NCBI GenBank assembly: GCA_028534125.1
Contig: CM052832.1
Span: 17,114,001 to 17,178,000, forward strand
DNA: 64,000 bases
Reading direction: 5' to 3'
Source of the DNA: Lama glama
Lineage: Eukaryota
Positions 11,940-24,700 of this stretch are shown one piece after another; within the stretch, counting starts at the first letter, position 1; every line of letters begins with the position of its first letter. The notes below the pieces were generated by a model that was not told the origin of the DNA, did not search any database, and worked only from the letters and a program-made list of their open reading frames with translations. Made by a program: the position numbers and the translations under genes.

Positions 11940-13359
11940 TTGCGTAGGGTTTACAATTCCTTGGGACAATGGAAATCATTTTACAAATTTTACAAATTCC
12001 AGGCAGCCATGTGTCAGTGCTTGTTCCTGTCCCAGCATCAGCACCAGGCAGGGGGATTTCGAGCACCAGGCAGGGGTGCTCAGTTTCTACATGCCACCCA
12101 TGGGTACAGCTTCTGGCCAGTACCACCTGCTCTCCTCCAGCTCTCTGCCCCAAATCCACACACCTTCTACAAATCCTTAATTGTCCCCCTTCTCTTGCCT
12201 CAACCCTCAGATGGCACTTCTTGTCCAGGCCTAGAGCAGCCCCAATGCTTTGGGCTGAAAGTCACAGCTCACCCAGTTCACCCCCTGCCTCCACCCGGCA
12301 GTCTATCGCCCAGCCCGAAGCTTACAATGGTGCTATTTCTGTGCCCCGAACCGGGCTATCTGGGACTCATTCCTTCCCACCATCTCACTCCTTTCACCTC
12401 ATTTGTCAGCCTCAGGTGGTGAGCAACAGATCAGGAAGAAGATTTTCCCTGGGGGTCAAGTGAGGTCCTTGGGCTGTGGCTTATGGCCATGCCTGCCCTG
12501 TCCCCTCCCCACCAAGGCCCTGCACTTTCATCTCAGCCAGAAGTGACACCACTAGGATGAGTGAGGCATTGAGTGGTGTCCGGGGTGGGGGTGGCAGCGC
12601 ATCTGCTCATGAGGACAATGAATGTGACCCTGTGTCTCATACAGATCATCCAGCCAGTTCTCTGCGGTCCCTTCTTCCTAAGATGCTTCTTCCACTCCTT
12701 GCATCATTTACCACACTCATTTTTTAAACTCATCTTTTCCTGACTGACCTCCTGCCTCCTCTGGGCTTCCCTAACACCCCTGTCGCAGCGCCCATCACAC
12801 TGTGCTGTCCTTGCCTCCTATGTCTCTGCCTTTTCTCATGAGCTCCTTCTCATTCAGAACAAGTTTTTTGTTTTGTTTTGTTTTGTTTTTTTCATTTCAC
12901 AAATGGCTACCATACTGCTTGGTTCATAATTAGCACACAGTAAATGTTTCTTAAGGATATGAGTAAAAGAACCCTAATATTTAGGGGAGAAAACAAGATG
13001 AAGAGAGGTGAGAGGCCTAGTTTAAGATCATACGATTAGTTGATTACAAGGCTGGGTCTAGACCCCAAGTCTTCCAGCTCCAAATCTAGTATTCCTTCCT
13101 CTACACAGCTGCTTCTGTGCCAGGTGGGGATGGTGGTGGGGAGGCCGGGCAGTGGTCTGAGTTCCATCCACTGGGCATTGTGGAAAGGGTTTGATCAGCA
13201 GATTGAAGGTCATCCCACCTTGTCCCTTGCCAAAGTCCTGACTCTATCACATCACCTAAAGTGTAATTACTGTTCCAAATCTTTCAGGTGACCCAGTCAG
13301 GGTCAAGTCGTTAGGCCCTTTCTCTGAGTCTCGTGTTTTGGGGAGGGTAGCTGACTCTC

Positions 13360-13877
13360 TCAGGAGCTCAGGGAGAAACTGGACCCTCGGCCCCAGAGCC
13401 CAAAGAAGGGATAGACCTTCTGGGTGAAGGAGGCAGTGAAGGTGTAGATGGGCTCTCGGGTGACAGCATTGACAAAGATTACCCAGCCCACCTCATAGTC
13501 AATAGACACCCTCACCTGCCGGGGCTGTTCCTCCAGAGCCAGGCGTGTGGGGAAGGAGCTCAGGGCCGAGATGAAGCCCCACGTCAGCCTCACGGCCCAC
13601 ACCCCCTCCTCCGGCCGCAGCCGAAGCTCCCCCTTCCGCCGGATGTCCTTACTAACCACACCCAGCGTGCAGCTGCCCCCGTGAGCCAAGTCTACACTCA
13701 CCACCCACGTGTGTCTCCCCCCTGTGAAGCCATCATGGGCCAGGACACAGGTGGCCTGGTCAAAGCGCTGGGGGTTTCCTGGAGAGTTCTGCCATTTGTA
13801 GGAGAACCGAGCCTGCTGGTGGTCCTCAGACAGGAGAAGCTTGGGGTGGGAAGTCTGGGGGTCTAGGGAGATGTGAG
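13360..13877 (-). CDS. TRIM10: TRIM10 last exon (PRY-SPRY/B30.2, 518 nt)
   Basis: ccacag|CT CAC ATC TCC CTA GAC; HISLDPQTSHPKLLLSED...FFGLWGRGSSFSLSS*. Confidence 0.95.
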
Positions 13878-16157
13878 CTGTGGNNNNNNNNNNNNNNNNN
13901 NNNNNNNNNNNNNNNNNNNNNNNNNNNNNNNNNNNNNNNNNNNNNNNNNNNNNNNNNNNNNNNNNNNNNNNNNNNNNNNNNNNNNNNNNNNNNNNNNNNN
14001 NNNNNNNNNNNNNNNNNNNNNNNNNNNNNNNNNNNNNNNNNNNNNNNNNNNNNNNNNNNNNNNNNNNNNNNNNNNNNNNNNNNNNNNNNNNNNNNNNNNN
14101 NNNNNNNNNNNNNNNNNNNNNNNNNNNNNNNNNNNNNNNNNNNNNNNNNNNNNNNNNNNNNNNNNNNNNNNNNNNNNNNNNNNNNNNNNNNNNNNNNNNN
14201 NNNNNNNNNNNNNNNNNNNNNNNNNNNNNNNNNNNNNNNNNNNNNNNNNNNNNNNNNNNNNNNNNNNNNNNNNNNNNNNNNNNNNNNNNNNNNNNNNNNN
14301 NNNNNNNNNNNNNNNNNNNNNNNNNNNNNNNNNNNNNNNNNNNNNNNNNNNNNNNNNNNNNNNNNNNNNNNNNNNNNNNNNNNCAGGGAAATATACACAA
14401 AATGTTATGATAAATCACAGAGAAAAAAATGTGACAATGAATGTGTATATGTCCATGAATGACTGAAAAATTGTGCTGAACACTGGAATTTGACACAACA
14501 CTGTAAAATGATTATGAATCAATAAAAAATGTAAAAAAATAAAATTAAATTAAAAAAAAAACTATACTTCAATTAAAAATTTTAAAAATACTGAAGATGG
14601 AAATGATTTGTTAAGAGGTGTCATTTCTGCCCCTGGGGATGGCATGACAAGGGAAGGAGTCACTCCCTTAGCCGAAAAAGCCTGGCCCTTTATTGTCCTT
14701 GACAGCTTGCTCTCTTTGGGTCTTTTCCCTCTTGTTTCGTCCTCCAAGAATTTTGATCAAGGCTCTCTCTTTTTATCCTGCTCCATGTTTCCTGACTCCA
14801 TGTTCCCACCTGAGCCTTCCTGTCTGCAGGCTAAACACCCTAATTTCTTTCTCCTGTAGTAAGTAGTACCTGGGACCTGTTCTGAGATTGAGATGCCCTT
14901 CTTTGAAATTATCCCAACTTTCTCACATGTCCCAAAGGGAACACATCCAAACAACACCTCTAGTGAATGGAATAAACTTTCTGGATGTGATTCTGGAGGG
15001 AACAAGAAACTCGTATAATGCAAAAATAATCAATGAATTGTTTTAAAAATTGCTTGCTCTAGAATAGAGTTTGGAACGAGTATACACACATTAATGACCG
15101 AGTAGATACATTTCAAATACATTTAGAACTCTCACCAATAAATGTTAATTAACTAATTGACGCGTACACATAGACACCCACCTGTACTAAAAATGCAGCA
15201 CATACACAACACACACTCATTTAATGACAAATAAAATTACATACCACATATATTTACCCAACCTGCATATACGTAAACACTAATTTATTCACAAACATGA
15301 GTACTCAGTCACACATACACACTCAAGTATCCAGGTCCCCCCCAAATACACTGCATGTCCTGGTAAATGTGCAGACATTAATACTTGCACACACTGTACA
15401 GTCATTCCCTCAAGTGCAAACCCAGACATCCTCAGACACACCTGACTGATCTATGATCCAGACACACATGCTCATGTTTTGGTGACTCATTCCTTCAACA
15501 TGCATTTATTGAGCTGCTATCATGTGTTGGGCACAAGTAAACAACATCAGACATGCTTAAAACATGAACTCGATCTTCCACCCCTGGGTCTATTCCCTGG
15601 CTGATAGAAGCAGGGGGGTAGAATTTGGCTTCAGAGTGGCCCAAATAATCCACAACTTTGCTCTAATTCTCTTAGTCCAGTTCAATCCCAGACCCACCCT
15701 GGGAGTTTCTCAGTGTCCCCTGTCCTACCCTGTAGGGCCCCGCTGCGTCCTCCAGGAAGCGCACGGTGTGGGAGCGATGCTCCGGGGCCTCCCGGCACAC
15801 CACGCACAGCTGCATCTCATCATCCTCGCAGAAGAAGTAGATTTTCTCCCCGTGCTCCTGGCAGATGTCCTCCTCCTCTGAGCCCAGCCTGGACGCCAGC
15901 TCCAGACGCTTGATGTTCTCCACCACGCTGGCCAGCTGCCAGTTGGGCCGGAAGCTCCCTGGGCGGAAAGGCGCCTTGCAGAGTGGGCAGCTGGGGGGCT
16001 CCTCGGGGTCTGGGCCGGGGATCTCAAGGTAGCGGGTGAGGCAGCAGTGGCAGAAATTGTGGCCACAGTCGATGGTGACCGGCTCCCTCAGGGTCCCTTG
16101 GCAGATGGGGCAGTTGACCTCATCGGCCAGGCTGGTCACTGAGGCAGCCGAGGCCAT
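13360..16157 (-). CDS. TRIM10: TRIM10 (HERF1; RING, B-box, coiled-coil, B30.2); gene span with the internal exons unsequenced
   Basis: The first coding exon (15729-16157) and last exon (13360-13877) match recalled TRIM10; an assembly gap lies between them. Confidence 0.93.
13884..14383. other. Assembly gap (500 N) inside TRIM10
   Basis: Run of exactly 500 N. Confidence 1.
14384..14561 (+). mobile_element. L1 3' end with poly-A tail abutting the gap
   Basis: atgtgtatatgtccatgaatgactgaaaaattgtgctgaacactggaatttgacacaacactgtaaaatgattat followed by an A-rich tail. Confidence 0.7.
15729..16157 (-). CDS. TRIM10: TRIM10 coding exon 1 (RING + B-box, 429 nt)
   Basis: [36 protein letters not shown]...[15 protein letters not shown]...GPYR|gtagga. 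Confidence 0.95.
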
Positions 16158-16619
16158 GGCGCTGCTGCGCTCGTGGCCTCTTCAAGGTCACCTTCTCTGC
16201 TTGGGTTGGGGGGAAGGGCCCAGAGAACAATGAGGACACACACCACACACTCACACACCCACAAGCACACACCGCCGGTCACAGGGGCATTTTACAAACC
16301 CACTGACACCTTCATGGTTGCACACACGCGCACGCGCACACAAGGGCAAGGCACCCACTTGCATCTCTGGCAGCCAGGGTTCTGCTGCCCCCTCCCAAAG
16401 GAACAGACACACACCCTCCAACAGCAGAGACAGAGAAAGAGCGGGAGGATGGGGTCACAGCATTCCAGAGATGACCTCAGTTACTCTCATGACCTGGGGG
16501 TCGCTGCTCCTTCCCGTCCATCCAGAGACACTCGCGGTAGAAGGAAAGTGGTCGTATCTTAACCATCCACAGTTGGAAGGGGCTGTTCTTTGGGGAGCAG
16601 GAGGGAGAGTGGGTCCCAG

Positions 16620-16780
16620 TGCAGTGATGCCACCCCAGCCTCCCTGCAATATGACCAGCTGGCTCCAGGGAGATTGGAGGTATCAGCCAATCCAGGGGAG
16701 TGTGGAGACCCAGATAAGGGCGTAGTGCCCTGGGGGTGGGGAACATGGCACAAGTAACTTCACCAGTGATGCCCCAATCA
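16620..16780 (-). promoter_or_regulatory. Candidate erythroid-type promoter/enhancer motif cluster upstream of TRIM10
   Basis: CACCC 16631-16635, E-box CAGCTG 16656-16661, CCAAT 16687-16691 and 16774-16778, AGATAA 16712-16717, GGGGGTGGG 16732-16740. Confidence 0.45.
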
Positions 16781-17041
16781 GCCTGCCAGAGGCTTCCAAA
16801 GGGGTTGGAATGTACTCCGTGTGGGGGAGGAGAAAGAAAAATAACAGCCGGCATTATTTACGATGATGGTATTCCTCACGCTGCTATAAGTAATTTAAAC
16901 TTATGATCTTATTTATTCCCCCTGTCTGCTCTACAACATCGGTGCTATTAGGATATTAGCTGGGCTCAGCCAGGTTACTCAGCTTGCCCGAAGCACATAG
17001 GGAGGCGGGTGGGAGGCCATCATTCGCCCTCAGATCTGTCT

Positions 17042-17495
17042 CAGAGCTGTGTTGTCCCATAGACATACGATGTGAGCCACATGTGCAATTTCAAAATTCC
17101 CAGCTGTCATATTTTTAAAAGTAAAAAGTGAAATGAATTAATATTTATCCCCAAATAGTATCAACATAGAATCAGCAGAAAACATCCATCATGAGACATT
17201 TTACATTCTTTTAAATTTTTTTAAACTTTATGACTTTTATCTGCTTGGGTTTTTTTTTTTAGGGGGGTGTAATTAAATTTATTTATTTATATTTATTTAT
17301 TTTAAAAGAGGTCCTGGGGATTGAACCCAGGACCTCATGCATGCTAAGCAGGCACTCTACAACTGAACTATACCCTCTCCCTAAATTTTTAATTTAATTT
17401 AAGTCTTTGAAATCTGGGGTGTATTTTACACATACAGCACATCTCAGTTGGGACCAGCCCCATCTTGTAGATGGAGGCTCTGGTGTTGGACAAGG
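17042..17495. mobile_element. MER3/MER33-like hAT DNA transposon remnant split by a SINE
   Basis: ctgtgttgtccc...tgtgagccacatgtgcaattt...tgaaatctggggtgtattttacacatacagcacatctcagttggg...ttggaca. Confidence 0.55.
17250..17382 (-). mobile_element. Vic-1-like SINE (long tail) inserted into a MER3-like element
   Basis: ggggattgaacccaggacctcatgcatgctaagcaggcactctacaactgaactataccctctccc preceded by a T-rich tail. Confidence 0.8.
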
Positions 17496-18689
17496 GCGGC
17501 TCCAAGGGCAGCGCTCTTGGGGGCAGAGGGCGTAGGTGGGGTGGGAAGGGAAGGTGATGTACAGTACAGCTGGAGTGAAAAGGGAGTGAAACAGCGAGGG
17601 GCGCTGATCATCCAGTGGGGGAATGGAAAGAGTTTTCCTTGGTTTTATCCACAAATGTAGGTGACAGCTGAAGAACTGTGGCTGTTTGATCATTGTCTTG
17701 GCTCGGAGTTTGGGAGGGGCACAGGGCTGGAAGCCAGGAGACTTAGATTGAACCCAGCCTTGTAACTTTCTAGCTCTGTGACTTTGGGGAAGTCCCTTTA
17801 CCTTTCAGTTTACATTTCCTTCTCTGTAAAAGAAAAGTGATTATTCCTGCCCCAAAGGGTTGTTATCAGATTGGATGTAATAATATGAAAATACTAAGCT
17901 TTAGATAAACGTGGTTGAATCTGTTTATCTTTTTGAGTTTTCTAAATAGTATCAACATGAATTAATTGTATTATGATTTCTTGCCTTCTCTCTGCTGCAG
18001 TTAAAAACTAAAATTGAACTACAGTGTTACCCAGACTCCAGGAGGCACAGTGGCATGGGGAGGTGGTGGGGGTTAGGAGTTTAGGAGATACCAGCCTGAA
18101 CTGGTGAGACTAGGAAAGGAGGGCAGAGGAGGGGACCCAGAGAGCCATCATCACACTTGCAACGTGTGAACAGAGCCCCTGGGACAGAGTACCCCGGAAG
18201 TCAGACACCTCCCACTCCGGCTGAACTTTGCACACCTCAAAGCCAGAAGTTTACGACTCCCACCTGCTCAGTCACACAGGAAGCAGTGTCTCCTCCCCAG
18301 TTCTCCCCACTCAACTATGGTCAAGGGAGGGATTCCAGGAAACCCCATCTCCCAGTGACCTCATGGCATGCCCTGCTCCCCACCCCAGGGGCCAGAAGGA
18401 CCAGAAGGAGTAGAGAAGGGGCTGACCCCGCCACTGATGGAAAATGCTGGATAATTCGAGATGCCCTGGAGTTTGGACTCACTCAGTTGATAAGTGGTGG
18501 CTGGGACTCTGGGAAGCACAAGAGGTGGAGCCAGGTGGCTTCTCTGTCCTGTCACTCCCGCCTTCCCCTCGCTCAGCCTCCTGTTCCTTTCCCTCTGTGA
18601 CTCATGTACAAGTGAGTCAATTTCAGGGAAAGAGAATTCGTGCAGACTGAGGCAGAGGCCTGCGTGGTCGGGCTGGGGAAGGTATCGTG

Positions 18690-19058
18690 ATGCCCTCAAC
18701 ACCCTCTCACAAAGGGGCTGCCTGTTCTGACTGCAAAGGGCCCCTGGAGGATGGAGTGACCGCCACCTGTGGACACACCTTCTGCCGTCTGTGCCTCCCC
18801 CCACCCTCCCAGATGGGAGCCCAGCCCTCTGGCAGGGTTCTGCTCTGTCCCCTCTGCAAGAAGAAGGAGCAGACAGAGACTCTCTTGGTCCCCGTGCCCC
18901 TGGGCCCTCTGGGGGAGACTTACTGCGAGGAGCATGGTGAGAAGATCTACTTCTTCTGTGAGAATGATGCCGAGTTCCTCTGTGTGTTCTGCCGGGAGGG
19001 ACCCTCCCATCAGGCCCACACCGTGGGCTTCCTCGATGAAGCCATCCAGCCCTACCGG
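18690..19058 (+). CDS. TRIM15: TRIM15 exon 1 (RING + B-box)
   Basis: [15 protein letters not shown]...[20 protein letters not shown]...QPYR|gtaaga. Confidence 0.95.
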
Positions 19059-21659
19059 GTAAGAGGCATGGGGTCAGCTCAGGGCCAGCTGGGGAAGGAC
19101 TGTGTCCCGTGGTGTAAACAGGGCAAGGATATGAATGAAGGGCCATGGCTTCCACATCAGGGGACCCCAAGAATGTTGGGACACTGAGGAACTCCCAGAC
19201 TGAGGGGCATGTGGTTCCACTTAGACAAGTGGTCATTCACAGTCTTAGGGGGAACTTAAGCTCCAGCTGTGAGAGGACACTGCGGTGACAGAGCACAGAG
19301 AATAGTAGCCATGGTTTCACTCTCTAGGGAAGGAGAGAGAACAGGTTATGGGCAGGGAGGACTTGGTCTCCCGGATCCAGACTGGATATGGGGTTTAGCA
19401 AGACCCTGGCCACTTGGGCTTGGAGGGAAGAGAGGGACGAGGAAGGCGTCCCTCAAGCACCGCTCTTCTTTCGGATAAAGGGAGGTGTGGCAGTAGCCCA
19501 TCTGGTCTTGGGGACATTATCTACTTCTATCTGCCTCTCAGATCCCTCTCATCACTGAGTCACCAAGTCTGGAAGCGGCTTCCTCAGAAGTACCTCTCAG
19601 TCTTTCACTCTGCATTATTCCCACAACTGCCACTGAATCCAGGCTCTCAACATCTGTCACCCAGAGGCTCCAACAAGGTCCCTGTCTCCACTCTCCACAA
19701 TCACCTTCCAATTTGCTGTGAGGCAGTGCTTCCCAAAGCACAAAGCTGATCACGTCACTCCCCTGCTCACAGTCCTTCCATGGACCCCTAGGGTCCAAAG
19801 GAAGCCCAAGTCTTTAGCAAGGCATTCAAGGCCACTTGTAGTGGGGATCCTGCCTTCCTGTCCAGTCTCTTCTCTCAGCCACCCTCCCCTGGCATCACGT
19901 ATCCAGACAGACTGACCATTAGGTACCTGCTGTTTTCTGAATTAACACTCTTTCCTTTTGGCATGTACTTCCCTCCTGGGAAGCTCTCCTCTCCCCTCAC
20001 TTTTTTTTTTTAACCATTTTACCAGTTGCTAAGTGTACAGTTCAGAGGCATTAAGTACTCTCCTCCTCCTCCTCCTCTCTCTTTCTCTTTTTTTAATGGA
20101 GGTTCTGGGGATTGAACCCAGGACCTTGCACATGGGCTGTACCGCTGAGCTATACCCTCCACCCGCCTCCTCCCCTTCTCTAAACCAATAGGAAATTACC
20201 CACTGTAACTGGATTCTGCTCTCTAAAGCCTCCCCTTGTCCCTACAGGCAGAACTGCCCCCTCCGCTGTGCTCCCAGCTCACTACGCGCACACCTTGATT
20301 ACTGCATTTGTCTGCATTTTTATCACTTGTGAAATACTCCTTCCCTAGGTGGTGGTCTGTTAGGGACAAGAACTGGGCCTTTTTCTCCTTTGAATTCTTC
20401 AGCACTTGACAGTGTGCCTAGAACAGGGCAGACAATTAACATCTGTGAGTTGAATGATGAATTAAGCCACCTCTGTCTGCCCATCCTTCGCTCCACAGGA
20501 TCGTCTCAGGAGCCGGCTGGAAGCCCTGAGTGTGGAGAGAGATGAGATTGAAGCCATGAAGAGTCGGGAAGACCAGAAGCTCCAAATGCTCCTGGTAAAG
20601 GCCATGTCCTTGGCCACCTTCTCCTTTCAGGGTTTTCTTTTCTATTTCTTTATTTTCAACTGTTCAGTTTCTATTGTTTTCCAAATATGCTTTTTCAGTT
20701 CTTTTTTTTCTCTTTCAAAATTAATTTTATTTTCTATTTTCCCATTGTCTTTAATTAAACCTTTTAAATGTATTTCTTTGTGTGTGGGGGGGGTAATTAT
20801 TAAAACAAATAATTACTTATTTTAACGGAAGTACTGAGGATTGAACCCAGGACCTTGTGTATGCTAAGCATGTGCTCTACCACTGAGCTCTACCCTTCCT
20901 CCAGTAAGTATATTTCTAATATCTGAAGTTTATGTGATGTTTAAATTCTTCTGACCCTTCATTCCAGTAGCTTATTTTCTTGGGAGCTTTCCTTGTGGTT
21001 CCCACATTTGGGGATCCCACATTTGGAATGGCTCAAATCAGCACTTTTCTTTGTTCATTCCAAGGGGGCAGAGTGGACAAGACACACAGTTTTGAGGTTC
21101 CTGTGATCAGCCGGTACCTGGAAGAGGCATTGGCTTCTTGGTTTGATCACTCCTCTGGACACTTCTGATTTACTTCTGATACTGAAGTTCCCAAAATTTC
21201 CCATCAGCTCTGTCTGGCATTTTAAGGATTCTTGTAACTTTGGAGAATTTTTTGTTGTCTGCATTAAATGACTTCAGGGGACTAGATATAATTTTGTTCT
21301 CAAACATCAAATAACCACCTAGCATCCATGAGTGAAATAGTTCACTGTGACATCTGTGGCAGAACAGTGTCTCGTAAGAAATCCTGATTTTCTTGGTTTA
21401 GAAGACCACCCCCCAATATCATATGATAACATTATTTGTAAGTGTAATTATTTTCTTAATACTTGAAAGTGTTTTTATGTTTTGCACAAATTTCCGAAGT
21501 GATAATCCTCCACTTAAATAAATAACACATGTGCATGGCCAGAATTACTGTTTTTTCTTTTTTTTAAGGGTGCATTTTCTCTCCCACCCCAGCTTTATTA
21601 AGATATAATTGAAGAATTAAAAATGCATATGCTTAAGGTGTGGAACAAGATGTTTTGAC

Positions 21660-21700
<41 letters not shown>

Positions 21701-24700
21701 CTTATAAAATTTAGGTAGTTCGAGTAGAATTAGGTGAGTTTAGGTCTTTTGTCTCCAGTCTCTTTTTAGCACTTCTTTGACTCTGTAAAAGTAATCTTAG
21801 TTTGGATTTTCTATTTTATCCAGTAGCTATTCAAAATGATCTTAAGTTCACTTTTCACATGGTGAGGTAGTCCTGGTTGATTTTACATTAACTGAAGGTT
21901 TTTACTGTCATTTCCCAGGGCTGAGAAAATATGACCTGTAGGATTCTGCTGTCAGATTTCATAAAGTTAATGATACCATTTTTAGGTCTATCATCTTGCA
22001 ATCTTAAATAATATTCTCTGGAACTTGAAAATTATGTCCGTCCTCTGTGCTCAAAAATGTTTCTCATTAGTCTACCTGACTAACTAGTCAACCTTTAGAA
22101 TAAAGTTACTGAGTACTCTTTACATTTCTGTTTTTAAAATTCACTATATTGAAACAAAAACTGTTCACCCACTTCTCCCAGTTGGAAATCCCCATTTAGG
22201 GATTTTTCTTAACAGGCTCTGGGGGAGCTTGTTGTCTGCTATTTGTTGCCAGGCTGAGAACAGGCAGACGGTTCCTCCTCACCCCCTGCCTGTGCAGAAG
22301 GGCACGTGGGGTCAAGGGTGTGGAATCCTAGAACATCAGGGCTGGGAGTGGTTCTGCCATCTTCTAATCCAACATCCATCTTGCCAGCCATTATTTTTCT
22401 GAGCAGAAAATTGATGTCCAGAAAAGTGATGCTCCCAAAGCTACACAGCAAAGCCCAAGTTCATGATGAAATGGCTAGAACCTGGGTCTCTTGACCTTTA
22501 GTCCATTGCTCTTCCCATTACAGTCTGTCTGCCTGAAAGCCTTGACTTCAGATAGGAAGCATGCGGCCAGAAAATGTATATTAGTGTCTGCGATCTATAC
22601 TGACCGCCAGGTTGACCCCAAGGACTGTAGGCTAATGGTGTGCTTATGCCTGGTTCCCTCCCATCGCTTTCTTTATGCTACAAAGTTATGCAGGGGAAAT
22701 CCACAAGGTACCAGGGGGAATTTCTGGTACCTTGACCAAGGAAACAGAGTTTTGGGACAAGATCTCTCCAGCATCCATCACCTCCCAACAAAATATGCCC
22801 CATAGATGGTTACCTCAGTGGCTAAGACCAATGCCACACCATTCTCTTCTGATAAGTTGTGCTCTAATCGCAGCTTCCTTTTGCTCCAATTGCTCTCTAA
22901 GGAATCATCTCCACCCGACTCTAGGGATGATATGGGAGGGTTAGGATGATATTGTAGATGTGAAAGAATGTTTGAGAAGTTCAGCGTAGCTTTGAGAGTA
23001 TAATGTGCATTATTAATAGAATCTCTAGGTAAGACAAGAACATTGCCCTCATCATTGCTAAGACTGTCCAGACACCTATACTTTTACTACGGCATTTTTG
23101 GGAGAATGAATCTTGGGACTAGTTACTCCCTATCCCTTTTAATCAATAGCAAGTATATAGATGATCCTCCTGGAACCCAGCTCTGTGAGCTTCTCCCTGA
23201 CCACATCTGTCTCTCTGCCCTTTGCAGACTCAGATTGAAAGCAAGAAGCAGCAGGTGGAAGCAGCTTTTGAGAGGTTGCAGCAGGAGCTGGGGGAACAGC
23301 AGCATCTCTTGCTGGCCAGGCTGACGGAGCTGGAGCGGCAGATCTGGAAGGAGAGGGACAAGTATATCTCAAAGCTCTCTGAGGAAGTCACCCGGCTTGG
23401 AGCCCAGGTCAAGGAGCTGGAGGAGAAGTGTCAGCAGCCAGCAAGTGAGCTTCTACAAGTGAGAGACACCCCACCACCCCATGGGATAGGAGAGGGATTC
23501 CACAGCAAGGGGACACCATGCTGGGGGCTGGAAGATGTTGAGAGAGACCGGAAGGGGAAGCGGAGATTATTTCTAATGGGAGGGACTAATGGTTATTGGG
23601 TTCCTTTGGCCCAGAGAGGTTATGGAGATGCAGTCCCAGAAAGCTGGATGACTTCTTGCCCACGTCATGCACTACGGTCATGCCAAGGGCTTTGGAATCA
23701 GATGATCTTGGGCCTGAGTATTGGCTCTTCCAGTTGTGTGACCCTGGAAGATCTCATAACCTCTCTAAACATGGGGCTAATAATAGCATCTCCCTCATGG
23801 GGCTGTTGCAGATTATAAAAAAAACAATCCACACAAAATGCTTAACATGGTCCCAGGCTCACAGAAAGAACTCAGTAAATGGTGCCTGTTGTGATTAGCA
23901 TTATATTATCCTGTTTCACATCAGACCTGGCTGATAACTCAAGGCCTGGTCCCTGCTCTCCACCATCTCCTAATTGTTGGAAGCAGAAGACACTCCTAGG
24001 ATAAGGCTGAGACATACAAACCAGTTCAAATGAACTGACTACACAGTCCCACATTAGTAAGGAAGCATAATGTAAATGGATGGTCTGATGAGTAGGTAAT
24101 TAAAAATATCAGCTCTCTGGAGGAGGAATTTGGGGCTGATATGTTAAGAAAGAAAGAATTACAGAATCCCTGGTGGGAAGGATGTGTGGAAACTAAGCGT
24201 ATCTTTTTCTCTTGTAGGATGTCAGAGTCAACCAGAGCAGGTAGGGCCCACTCTCCAGTCCCACCTGCTTTATACTTGACATTGAGACTGAAGGGGGAGG
24301 GCACTCACTGACTCACCCAGCCTCCGCAGATGGCTACACAGAAAAGCAAAAGCATACTCAGCGACAGACACACTTTCTCATTCACTCACGCATAGACAGC
24401 CCTGATTTACTAAGGTTTGTGTTCTAAAGATTCTTTTTTAAATTGATTGTTTGGTATTGGGGACACAATTTTTCCCTTAGAAGTGAAAGTTATAAATAAT
24501 AATCATGTTTTTTAGGCTGAACCAGGGATATCTATTTAATTTTTGAAATTATTAGTCCTAGAGTCAGTATTTAACTTCATTTAAAATGTCATTCTAGGGG
24601 GGAGGGTAATAGCCCAATGACAGAGCATGTTCTTAGCATGCATGAGGTCCTGGGTTCAATTCCCAGGACCTCCACTTAAAAAAAAACAAAGCCATTCTAA

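Noticed and set aside
13360..14496. Long ORFs spanning the first N run (378, 197, 190 and 176 aa)
   Set aside because: Artefacts of translating N; only 13360-13877 is a real exon
18361..19236. 291-aa antisense ORF over TRIM15 exon 1
   Set aside because: Shadow ORF of GC-rich coding sequence with no recognisable domain
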